Assembly: GCA_016793325.1 (NCBI GenBank)
Contig: JAEUKI010000001.1
Location: 50,625-114,624, forward strand
DNA from: Myxococcales bacterium
Lineage (GTDB): Bacteria > Myxococcota_A > Polyangia > Polyangiales > Ga0077539
Direction: 5' to 3'
Length of the DNA: 64,000 nucleotides
Shown here: positions 25,990 to 34,876 of the stretch, piece after piece
Numbering within the stretch: position 1 is the stretch's first letter
How the letters are laid out: each line of letters begins with the position of its first letter
The notes under the pieces: generated by a model
The model's input: only the letters and a program-made list of their open reading frames with translations
The model's database searches: none
What the model was told of the DNA's origin: nothing
Made by a program: the position numbers and the translations under genes

Positions 25990-26415
25990 GATGGGTCTCT
26001 CTTTCGATGAGTTGGTTGGGGTTCGCCGAGGTAGACACCCGAGGAGGCGGGATTCTTACACGGGGCGAAGGTGAAAAACGTCGAGCGCGAAAGTGTCTGC
26101 GAAATGGCAGGCGAGAGTGCAGCACCGCAGCAAGCGAGCGGAGCGCGGCGGCAAGCGGGCTACGGCGCGGCAGCAAGCACTCATCATTCGTTACCTGCGT
26201 CGAAGCATACGGCCCGAGAAACACATGGCTAGAGGGCAAGCCTGAGGCTCGACCTCTGGCCGTGTGACTCGGCCATCGATGAGGCCACTCGCCCCCTGCG
26301 CATGTGCGTGCCCCGCGACGACGACTGCCTGCGCCTGCGCTCGCAACATGATTGTGTGGTCTCCGTCCGCCGCCTTGCGTTCGTGTGTCGCGGCTCGTTA
26401 CGATCCCGTCACTCC

Positions 26416-27222
26416 ATGGCAACACCGAAGCGAGGGGCACGCGGCGCGGCCCCGAAGAAGAAGCCCGCGGCTCGCGCTGCGAAGACCACCACCCTCACCA
26501 TCGCCTCGATTCGCGCGAGCATCGTGGCGCTCTCGCGCAGCGACTTGCCCGAGAAGCTGCGCTGCTCGGTGAGCGACCTGCTCTTTCACGCGGGGCGGCT
26601 TCGCCGCAGCGCGAAGAAGCTACGCGAGGAGCTCTTGGCCAACAGCAGGCTCAAGCCCGCGGTGATCGACTCGCTGCCGTTCTGCATCGAGGTGCTCGAA
26701 GAGGCGGAAGACGAGTGGCAGACCCTCCGCAGCAAGGGCGCGCCGAAGGCGCTGAAGGACGCGCGTATTGCGGCGGCCAAGCTCCGCGGCGTCGCTGTCA
26801 AAGCGCTGCGCCACTTCTGCGAAGAGGACAACGAGCTGCAGGTGCGGCTCAACGAGATCATGGAGGGCGACGGAGACGCCGACCTCGTGGACGACTTGAA
26901 GAAGCTCGCGCCGTTGGTCGACGCCAACTGGGACGCGATCAGCGCAGAGAAGAAGCTCCCGCGCGACAAGAGCGACGCGTATCGCAAGCGCGCGGCCCAG
27001 CTCGAGGAGCTGCGGCTCGCCAACGAGCCGACGCCCGAAGCGAAGCGCGCGCTCGAGTTTCGCGACAAGGCGTTCTTCTACTTGCTCGACGCCGAACGCG
27101 AGATTCGCAAGTGCGGGCGCTACGCGTTCAGCGAGGAGCCGAAGCTGGCCGAGCTGTTCGCGGACCCGTTCGGGTCGAGCGGCGGGTCGAGCAACAATGG
27201 CTCGGCGCCGCCGGCGACGTGA
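26416..27222 (+). CDS. Hypothetical helical protein with a Lys/Ala-rich N-terminus
   Basis: MATPKRGARGAAPKKKPAARAAKTT..., followed by a Leu/Glu/Lys-rich region that looks all-helical. Composition is ordinary and unlike the mirror frames. I recognise no family. Confidence 0.6.
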   Translation: MATPKRGARGAAPKKKPAARAAKTTTLTIASIRASIVALSRSDLPEKLRCSVSDLLFHAGRLRRSAKKLREELLANSRLKPAVIDSLPFCIEVLEEAEDEWQTLRSKGAPKALKDARIAAAKLRGVAVKALRHFCEEDNELQVRLNEIMEGDGDADLVDDLKKLAPLVDANWDAISAEKKLPRDKSDAYRKRAAQLEELRLANEPTPEAKRALEFRDKAFFYLLDAEREIRKCGRYAFSEEPKLAELFADPFGSSGGSSNNGSAPPAT

Positions 27223-27419
27223 TGGACTGGGCACCGGGGGAAAGCGGGGGCAGCGCGCCTCGGGGTGCGCGAGCGCTTCCACTGGGCGCGCGGGCGCTCC
27301 ACGGGCTGCGGAGGGACTCCACGGCGTGTGTGGGGCGCTCCACGGGCTGCGCGACCGCTCCCCGAATGCGGTGGAGTGAAAATGTGTGCCGGGGGCGCGC
27401 GAAGCGGGCGCGTGGTGGG

Positions 27420-29609
27420 TTAGAGGAGCAAAAAGGTGAAGGGGCGCGTCATCCACGAGGCCGTGGAGACCTCGCGCCGCAGCCACTGCGCGGGGTCGCG
27501 GTGTCCGCTGAATACGCGCACGTCCGAGCCCGCCGACTCGAATGGCGGCCGAGTGTCGATGGGGAATTGCACATCCACCGGCAGGTCGTCCGCTCCGTCG
27601 TTGTCCATGTCGCCCGGAGAACCGAACTGCATCAGCCACCACCGACCGTACGTGTTGCCCTCGATCCCTTCGTCGGAGTACGTGAACGGCGTCGGCATCC
27701 GCAACGCGAGCGTGGGAGCGCCGAGCGCTGACAGCGTGGGGTTGCGATAGACGCGAAGGAATTCGGGGTCTGCCGCCGACGGAAGGCGGCTGAAGATGAG
27801 CTCGTGCGTTCCGTCGCCGTCGAGGTCCGTCGAGCGTGCGGCCGCGACGAATGCCGGAGGCAGCACGATCTCCTCCATCGTGATGCGATGCGCACCCGCG
27901 GCATCGCAGACGACGCGGGCGATGATGGCTCGTGGTTGTTGTGCACGCGGGCGGATGAGCGTCTCGGGCTGACCGTCACCATCAACGTCGCCGATGTCTT
28001 CGAGTGAGGGCCCCACCATCGAGAGCATCGGCGTGTCTGCGAGCTGACGGATCGTTGTGCCCGTAAACTCGAACGCAGCGAGTCGATACGGCGGGCTCGA
28101 TGGGCTGCCCGTTTGTGCGAGAACGACGCGCGATCGGCGTCCGCCGGTCGTCGGGCACTGCGACGAGCGAACGATCTGACGCAGGTAGCTCCCCGTGACC
28201 GTCGTAGTCGCGACGAGCTCTTCGCGTGCGTTGCCGAGAAACAAGCGGAGCCATGTCGTCGGGAGCATCCCCGGTGCGAAGGTGAGAGACGCGAAGTCGC
28301 TGAATCCATCGCCATTGACATCACCGAGGTTGGCGACGGCGCGACGGAGGGAGCGAAGCTCGGTCAGTTCGACCGGTGAGAACCACTCGTTCCATGGATC
28401 TACGGACCAGAACGAAGTGGACCATCGCGGGGCAGTCCTGCTCGGCCCGCCGAAAGCAACGCGCATTCGTTGACCGTTCACCGCCGAAAGCACGTCGGAG
28501 AACCCGTCCCCGTTGAAGTCGCCAATCGGCTGCACTTGCTCGCCGCCGAGGCCGGTCTCGATCGGGGAGGTGACGAGCTCGAGTCGGCGTGCTTCGTCGA
28601 CGAGGTTCGATCCCCCAAAGGACACCGTTGGCGGAGAGCTACTGGATCTCAACGTGCAGGAGAGAACGTCCGCATACGCATCGCCGTCGAAGTCGAAGAA
28701 TGGCGTGTCGTACCCGCGCGTTGCGCGGCGCGTGAGCCGAAACGGCACCGTGGTCGCCGCGCGTTCGGTGCCGTCGCTCATGATGCCCGTCACGCGCCAG
28801 TACTGAACGACGTTCGGCGCGATGGGAATCGGCGGACGCGACGCGGCATCCGTCGTGAACCACGAGCCGCGCCCGAACGTGCACAGCCGATCGGTGCACA
28901 GGCGGTGCTCGTAGCGCACGAAGTCCGGGCGCGTCGTGATGACGAACGTGGGCTGCACGCTGTTGTACGTCCACGTCGAGAGCGGCTCGATCGGACGCGG
29001 GGGGTCGGGCAGGCAGCGGCCGGCGACGAGCTCGTAGGTCGCGTTGCAACGGAGCGCGCATGCGCCCATGGCGCACGAGGCGGTGCCGTTGGGGTCGGTT
29101 GGGCAGCGCGTGCAAGAGCTTCCGCAGGCTTCGGGGGTACCGGTCGTGGCGGTGTTGCACTGCGTGCCGCAAAGGACGCCGCCGTCGGCGACGCACGGGT
29201 GGATGACGTCGGGCGAGCTCTCGACGGTGACATCGGCGAACGCATCGGCGTCGTTCGCAGAATCCTCTGTGACCGCGGCGTCGAGAGAGTCTGGAGAACC
29301 CGCGTCCTGCACATCTTCGAAGGAATCTCTCGCGTCGATCGCATCTGTGGCCGGTGTGCGATCACCTGGACTGTCAACATTGTTGGCATCCATCCCCGAA
29401 GGATTGACCGAGGTTCCACAAGCACTGGTTTGAAGACCAACCAATGTGGCCAATAGGAAACTACGGTAGGTGTGGCTTGACGCGATGACGGTCGCGTGGT
29501 GTCCTCTAGCTCTCCAACAAAGAGGTGGTGGTATGTTGCAGGGCGATCGGGTGAGGACGGCGTTGTCGTGGTCGGGCAAAGCGGATGACGTTCGGGGACG
29601 GGGGCTCAT
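27420..29609 (-). CDS. FG-GAP/VCBS-repeat lipoprotein with a Cys-rich N-terminal module (start codon unresolved)
   Basis: Lipoprotein signal YRSFLLATLVGLQTSAC at about 29470-29420. Cys-rich module (CVADGGVLCGTQC...CGSSCTRC...CAMGACALRC). FG-GAP loops: FDFDGDAYADVLS, GDFNGDGFSDVLS, GDVNGDGFSDFAS, GDVDGDGQPETLI, TDLDGDGTHELIF, GDMDNDGADDLPV. The only canonical in-frame starts upstream of the signal are ATG 29609 and TTG 29579. Both overlap the divergent rhs start. Confidence 0.75.
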   Translation of the reverse strand: MSPRPRTSSALPDHDNAVLTRSPCNIPPPLCWRARGHHATVIASSHTYRSFLLATLVGLQTSACGTSVNPSGMDANNVDSPGDRTPATDAIDARDSFEDVQDAGSPDSLDAAVTEDSANDADAFADVTVESSPDVIHPCVADGGVLCGTQCNTATTGTPEACGSSCTRCPTDPNGTASCAMGACALRCNATYELVAGRCLPDPPRPIEPLSTWTYNSVQPTFVITTRPDFVRYEHRLCTDRLCTFGRGSWFTTDAASRPPIPIAPNVVQYWRVTGIMSDGTERAATTVPFRLTRRATRGYDTPFFDFDGDAYADVLSCTLRSSSSPPTVSFGGSNLVDEARRLELVTSPIETGLGGEQVQPIGDFNGDGFSDVLSAVNGQRMRVAFGGPSRTAPRWSTSFWSVDPWNEWFSPVELTELRSLRRAVANLGDVNGDGFSDFASLTFAPGMLPTTWLRLFLGNAREELVATTTVTGSYLRQIVRSSQCPTTGGRRSRVVLAQTGSPSSPPYRLAAFEFTGTTIRQLADTPMLSMVGPSLEDIGDVDGDGQPETLIRPRAQQPRAIIARVVCDAAGAHRITMEEIVLPPAFVAAARSTDLDGDGTHELIFSRLPSAADPEFLRVYRNPTLSALGAPTLALRMPTPFTYSDEGIEGNTYGRWWLMQFGSPGDMDNDGADDLPVDVQFPIDTRPPFESAGSDVRVFSGHRDPAQWLRREVSTASWMTRPFTFLLL

Positions 29610-32600
29610 TGCGCTCTTCCTCTCCGCAACGGTAGCGCTGCTCTCATTGTGGCCGCAAGTCGCGAGCGCGCAGTCGATCACGATCTGCGGCGCACAGCGA
29701 GTGTCGCTACCGTGCGGTAGCCCGCAAGGAGGATGTTGCCAACAAGTGAGCCCTTGCTCTGGCGATTGCACCCCGGGTGCTGCTTCCTGCGCGACAACCC
29801 AACTCGTGGACTGCAACAACGGGAGCGTGCTGCCGACCGGAGGCACGCTGAACACGATGTGCGGCGCGAACACAACGACGAGCTGTGGCGCAGCGGCGAT
29901 CCCCGACTCGGTCGCTTGCACGCCGTGCGCCGGTGGAGAGCCGCAGCCAAACGAACGACAACCGGACAAAGAGAATCGCCCGTTTCCGCCGATCCCTGAG
30001 CCGGGGCCTCCACCACCAGGACCGGGACCCGAAGGACCACCGCCACCACCGCAGCCCGACTGCACGTCGGGCTGCTCGTGCCCGATCGAGCGAGGTGAGC
30101 CGGTTAGCGTTGGAGGTGGACGCCACACGCTGCATCCCATCACGCTCGTATCCGTTCCTGGGCCCTGGCGTGTGCCTCTCGAGTTCACGCTGCACTATTC
30201 GGACACAAACGAGTGGACGCCGACGCTTCACTCCGATGGTCTCGGCGGCATCGGTGTGATCGAAGACACGTCCTATGTGGCTCGGGGCTGGACCCACACG
30301 CTTTCCGAAGCGATTGTCGGCATCAGCACCACCGCGATCACCGACGGTTCTTGGTCTCCCAACACGTTTCCCTGGACGAGCGGCAACCCTTGCCAGGCCG
30401 CGGAGCGTGTGACTGGCAAGCGCATTCTGCATCGTCACCCGGAGGGAGGCTACGAGGAGTTTGGCTTCGCGACCAGTGGGACGGGCGGCGAGTCGTGCGC
30501 GGTCTCGGGGGCAGATGTTCGGCTGTCTTCGCGGCGCGGGACGCCCTATCGGTTGCGTGTGCTCAATTTTGCGAGCGCGACACGCGAATTCGAACTCACC
30601 GACCTGCGCACTGGCGTCGTCACAAAATTCGATCGACACGGACGAATTCTCTCGAAGAAGGCGCCGAGCGCGGCTGGGCTATTCGGCTGGACGGTCGAGT
30701 ACAATTCGGCGGATAGCATCGACGCACGTCGTCGCCGTATTGTGGCAATCAACCACGACTCGGGGCACCGCATCCTCTGGACGGATTTCGGAAGCCCTTC
30801 GCCGCGCAACTTCCTTCGGCGATTGTCGCTCCAATTTGGTACTACAACGCTCGAAGTCGCTCGCTTCAACTGGAACATCACCGCCAACGCGTATACGGAA
30901 GAACAGCGAACGTTCCTCAAGCTGGACTCGATCTATCTGGCGCAGACGGCAACCCAGTGGTTGTTCGAGTATGCCACCACGACGATGGGTTCCGCCACGC
31001 CGATCCCGATTCCCAACCGGATGACGCGTGCGACCAATCCGGCGGGTGTCCGCGTGTACGACGGAGAGCTCAGCCCGCGTTCGCATGGCAACCTGGGTGC
31101 GTACGCGGCGCGAACCCTCGCGTTCGACGACGCCGAAGGGGGCTGGGAGTTCCGTCGCCGTGGCTATGCGCAAGTGCAGCAAATGAACAGCGCTGGCGCG
31201 GTGCTCGGCGAGACCAACCCCTGCTCCACCGTCGGAACGCCCAACTCCATCGCGGTCATCGACCGTCGCGCGCGCAAGCTCGACAGCGGCGGCAACCCGA
31301 TCTCGTGCACAGTTGACAGCGACTGTGGGCCTACTGGCAGCGAGTTTCTCTGCACCCAGCGCCCGTATCCGGGCGGGAGCACGCGCTACTGCGCGCGGTT
31401 CATCTGCCAAGCCACGACAACGCCGGATTCGCCGGACGAGCCCTCGCAGTTGTCCGAGACGTGTGGGTGCAACACGAGTTCGTTGCTTTGGGCAAACGTT
31501 CCTTTGTCGGGGCCCAATCAGGTGCGGCGCATTCAGCGAAGGACGTCTTCGACCGGAGTGCGTACCTCGTACCAGCACGACGACCAGGGCCGTATCATTG
31601 CCCAGTGCGTCGGCGACGACAACGATGTCGTTGTTCGCGGCGACGCTTCGTCGTGTCCCTCGACCGGCCAGCTCGAAGAGTGGTCTTACGACAGTGAGAT
31701 TCCTTCGTATATGGGAATCACCCCGTGGGCTGTACACGAGTACCGTAGAACGAGCGTTCGCGGGTCGGGCTTTACGCCGTACAGCCGCGTGTGGACGCGC
31801 AGTCTCACTACTGGACACGTGACGTCCGACGTCGAGACGGCGTGGACGTACAGCCAATCGACGTGGACGTGGGCGTTGCAAACGCGTACGACGACGTACT
31901 CGTTTACGGGCTCTCCGCACGACGGTTGGACGCAGCGCGTGGGACCAGGCGACGGTAGCGCGTCCGATCCGATCCGGACCGCAGAATACTGGCCGCTTTC
32001 GACCACGAACGCGACGTCGGGACAGGTTCGCTACTCGCGTTGGCGGCGCGAGCGTCCGGGCGGAGCTGCGCTCGAGTTTCAGCGCGAGTACAGCGCTCAC
32101 ACGATCTATGGTGTGCCCGCGACCGAGCTCGACGAGCATGCCAACACGACAACGACGACCTTCGACAGCGCTGGCCGCACGAAGTCGATCACTACGCCGC
32201 TCGGCACGACGTACATCGCGTACGATTCGCTGGGACGAATGCTCTCGATGCGAAGGCCATCGGGACAGGCGACGGTGTACGAATACAACGGCAACTTCGA
32301 ACGTCCGTTTCGCATCGTGACGAGCGACACGCCAACGCTCATCGGAACCGACGCGGTTGCAGCCAGCGACGGCGCGGTGATCGAAGACACCGTCGATCCG
32401 TATGCAGTGCACATCACGCGCCTGTTTCGAGCACGCGCGATGGGCCTCAATGGGGCCGAGTGGATGCGGACGACCCAACACCTCGATGATCACGGACGTG
32501 TCGCGCGCGACGAAAACGCGGCGACGGGCGGCTTCACGACGCGCACGTACGACAACTTCGGCGAGCTGCTCGAGAGCCAGGACACCGCGGGCGTGCGCAC

Positions 32601-34860
32601 TCGCTACACCCGTGACACGCTCGGGCGTGTGACGACACTGACGCGCGACTACCTCGGTGGAATGCAGGCGTCTACGACGTTCGTCTACCAGGGCACTTCT
32701 GTGCGCGCTGCGCAAACGACGCAGCCCAACGGCCACACGCTCTATTACACGTACGACGACTGGGGACAGCTCGTATACTCGTACGCGCAGGACATGGGCT
32801 CGACGTGGTCGATCTATGCTCCGCAGGGCTACAAGACCACGCAGTACGAAGCGAACGGAACGCGCACCGCGTGGACCTACGACCGCGCGGGCCGGGTGAT
32901 CACGATCGACTACAACGCGGATTACCCGTCGCTCAACGGCGGTGATCGACGCTTCTGGTACGACGCACTTCCCGCGGGCGTGTCGTGCCCGTCTGTCGCG
33001 ACGTGCGCGAATTTGCTGGGTCGACTCGCGTACGTGGAGAACGACGCCACGCTGCCATCGGTCTACCAGACCTTCTACGGATACTCGAGCGCGGGTCTCG
33101 TTCAGCACGAGGACTATCTCGTCGGCGGCGTGTGGATGCGTACGCAGTACGAGTACGACACGATCGGGCGGCGGACGCGGACGGTGTTCCCGTTCTGGAC
33201 GGGCGATTCGATTCGCTACACGTACAACGACGGGACGATCTCGCACGACGCCGAGCAAGTGAGCGCGGCGCACTGGGACAAGAGCGGCGTCGCCCACCGA
33301 CCTGTGGTCGAGCGCATCGAGCGCATGCCCAACGGGCCGATCTCGCGCATGTGGTACGCGCAGCGGGCTAGCGGAGGACTTCCGACCAACGCGAGCATCG
33401 AGCGCAATTGGCGACTCGATGGCACTCCGTCGAGCGTGAGGTGGCGTTCGGGGTTGAACACGAGCGCGGACGTCGCGGACTGGTCGTACTCCTATCATTC
33501 GAGCGGGCAAATCGCGGGGTTGGCGAACGCATCGACGCCCAGCGAAACGGTCAACTATCAGTACGACACGCTCGGGCAGCTCACGTGCGCGACCGAAGGC
33601 CCGGTGTCTTCAACGTGCTTCGCGGGGGCGACGCAGGCGATCGCGACGTACTCGGTCGACACGTCGGGCACCCGAACGCAAGCGTGGGATCGCTTCACGA
33701 ACGATCTGCGAACGAATCTCCTGGGCACTCAGGCGATCGGGCCCAATCGGCCCGGTGGCTGGACGCGAACCGCGTGGAGCGGGCAGCCGGAGTTGAAGTG
33801 GACGTGGGGCTATGGATGGTCCAACGCGTCGCCTGGGCAGCGCATTCAAGAGTCTCGCTCGGGCTACACGCGAACGACGTCGTACTGGCCCAGCGGCGAA
33901 GTCGCTGCCGTGCAAGTGAACGACACGCGCGGAACGACGACGATCGCGAGCAGCAACGACCACCGCGGGCGCCGGATGTTCACGCGGACCACGTACCCGG
34001 GAGGACTGTCGATCGATCGCTTCTTCATCTACGACGACAGTGATCGGCTGATCGGCGTTCACCACACGGACTACAGCACCAATCGCAACGAGCTCTTCTT
34101 CAACGTCGAGAACGAGACCGCGTTTCGCCTCGTGATCGACAACGGGTGGAACGAGGTCGAGCGCACGTACTTCTACAACGATCACCTCGGGACGCCGCGC
34201 ACGGCCGTGTCCAGCGCGGCCAACGGCGCGAGCTTGGGTGTGACCTACCGCGCGCCGAGGGAGCCGTTCATGGCGAGCGCTCCCGTGGTTCAGAACGCGG
34301 TGCCAGTGCGACTGCGCTTCCCCGGGCAGTGGGAGGACGACGCGAGCGAGTTCGTGGGAACGAGCAACGAACAGTGGAGCACGAACCTATTGGGCAACCA
34401 CGCGCGCGTCATGGAGCCGACGGCGGGTGCGTACGGGAGTGTGGAGCCGGTGTGGTATCGGCCGCCGCACTTCATCGGGGCGTTCGCACCGATTCCGTTC
34501 AGCACATACGCCATGGCAGATCCGGTCGGTCTGTTCGACCAGTACGGTGATCTGCCAAGTGGATTCGGGCCAAACAGGACGAGCGATGGTTGGAACCCGC
34601 GCGCGCGGGATTCTTCGGATGGCTGCGGGACGCAGCGCGAGCCCGTGCAAACAGAAGCGTTGCCAATGTCCGGTGCGCCTGCTGGGCCACCGCGACCCAG
34701 CGAAGGCAAATACTGCCCGCACGCCGGTTCCGGCGCGTGCGACGGACGGAATATGCGGTGTTCTTACGGATGTGACGACGGTACGAAGTGCGAACTGACA
34801 GTTCGGTGTAGCGAACGTGGTTCGACTGATGGATGCCCGAGTCAGGCATGGTGCTTCTGA
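29533..34860 (+). CDS. RHS/YD-repeat polymorphic toxin with an N-terminal Sec signal
   Basis: ATG at 29533 is preceded by aagagg (8-nt spacer). Signal peptide LIALFLSATVALLSLWPQVASAQ. Many YD repeats (YTRDTLGRVTTLTRDY, YTYDDWGQLVYSY, WTYDRAGRVITIDY, YQYDTLGQLTCAT). RHS core end: YFYNDHLGTPRTAV...LRFPGQWEDD...YAMADPVGL. About 108 variable C-terminal residues follow. Confidence 0.9.
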   Translation: MLQGDRVRTALSWSGKADDVRGRGLIALFLSATVALLSLWPQVASAQSITICGAQRVSLPCGSPQGGCCQQVSPCSGDCTPGAASCATTQLVDCNNGSVLPTGGTLNTMCGANTTTSCGAAAIPDSVACTPCAGGEPQPNERQPDKENRPFPPIPEPGPPPPGPGPEGPPPPPQPDCTSGCSCPIERGEPVSVGGGRHTLHPITLVSVPGPWRVPLEFTLHYSDTNEWTPTLHSDGLGGIGVIEDTSYVARGWTHTLSEAIVGISTTAITDGSWSPNTFPWTSGNPCQAAERVTGKRILHRHPEGGYEEFGFATSGTGGESCAVSGADVRLSSRRGTPYRLRVLNFASATREFELTDLRTGVVTKFDRHGRILSKKAPSAAGLFGWTVEYNSADSIDARRRRIVAINHDSGHRILWTDFGSPSPRNFLRRLSLQFGTTTLEVARFNWNITANAYTEEQRTFLKLDSIYLAQTATQWLFEYATTTMGSATPIPIPNRMTRATNPAGVRVYDGELSPRSHGNLGAYAARTLAFDDAEGGWEFRRRGYAQVQQMNSAGAVLGETNPCSTVGTPNSIAVIDRRARKLDSGGNPISCTVDSDCGPTGSEFLCTQRPYPGGSTRYCARFICQATTTPDSPDEPSQLSETCGCNTSSLLWANVPLSGPNQVRRIQRRTSSTGVRTSYQHDDQGRIIAQCVGDDNDVVVRGDASSCPSTGQLEEWSYDSEIPSYMGITPWAVHEYRRTSVRGSGFTPYSRVWTRSLTTGHVTSDVETAWTYSQSTWTWALQTRTTTYSFTGSPHDGWTQRVGPGDGSASDPIRTAEYWPLSTTNATSGQVRYSRWRRERPGGAALEFQREYSAHTIYGVPATELDEHANTTTTTFDSAGRTKSITTPLGTTYIAYDSLGRMLSMRRPSGQATVYEYNGNFERPFRIVTSDTPTLIGTDAVAASDGAVIEDTVDPYAVHITRLFRARAMGLNGAEWMRTTQHLDDHGRVARDENAATGGFTTRTYDNFGELLESQDTAGVRTRYTRDTLGRVTTLTRDYLGGMQASTTFVYQGTSVRAAQTTQPNGHTLYYTYDDWGQLVYSYAQDMGSTWSIYAPQGYKTTQYEANGTRTAWTYDRAGRVITIDYNADYPSLNGGDRRFWYDALPAGVSCPSVATCANLLGRLAYVENDATLPSVYQTFYGYSSAGLVQHEDYLVGGVWMRTQYEYDTIGRRTRTVFPFWTGDSIRYTYNDGTISHDAEQVSAAHWDKSGVAHRPVVERIERMPNGPISRMWYAQRASGGLPTNASIERNWRLDGTPSSVRWRSGLNTSADVADWSYSYHSSGQIAGLANASTPSETVNYQYDTLGQLTCATEGPVSSTCFAGATQAIATYSVDTSGTRTQAWDRFTNDLRTNLLGTQAIGPNRPGGWTRTAWSGQPELKWTWGYGWSNASPGQRIQESRSGYTRTTSYWPSGEVAAVQVNDTRGTTTIASSNDHRGRRMFTRTTYPGGLSIDRFFIYDDSDRLIGVHHTDYSTNRNELFFNVENETAFRLVIDNGWNEVERTYFYNDHLGTPRTAVSSAANGASLGVTYRAPREPFMASAPVVQNAVPVRLRFPGQWEDDASEFVGTSNEQWSTNLLGNHARVMEPTAGAYGSVEPVWYRPPHFIGAFAPIPFSTYAMADPVGLFDQYGDLPSGFGPNRTSDGWNPRARDSSDGCGTQREPVQTEALPMSGAPAGPPRPSEGKYCPHAGSGACDGRNMRCSYGCDDGTKCELTVRCSERGSTDGCPSQAWCF

Positions 34861-34876
34861 GAGTATTGGAGACGTG

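Noticed and set aside
25805-26440. 211-aa minus-strand ORF and two plus-strand ORFs (25786-26010, 25790-26074) covering the metallothionein-like sORF.
   Set aside because: Their composition is Arg/Pro-rich and they have no RBS. The 54-codon frame has high GC3, an SD-like sequence and an operonic position, so I favour it over the longer frames.
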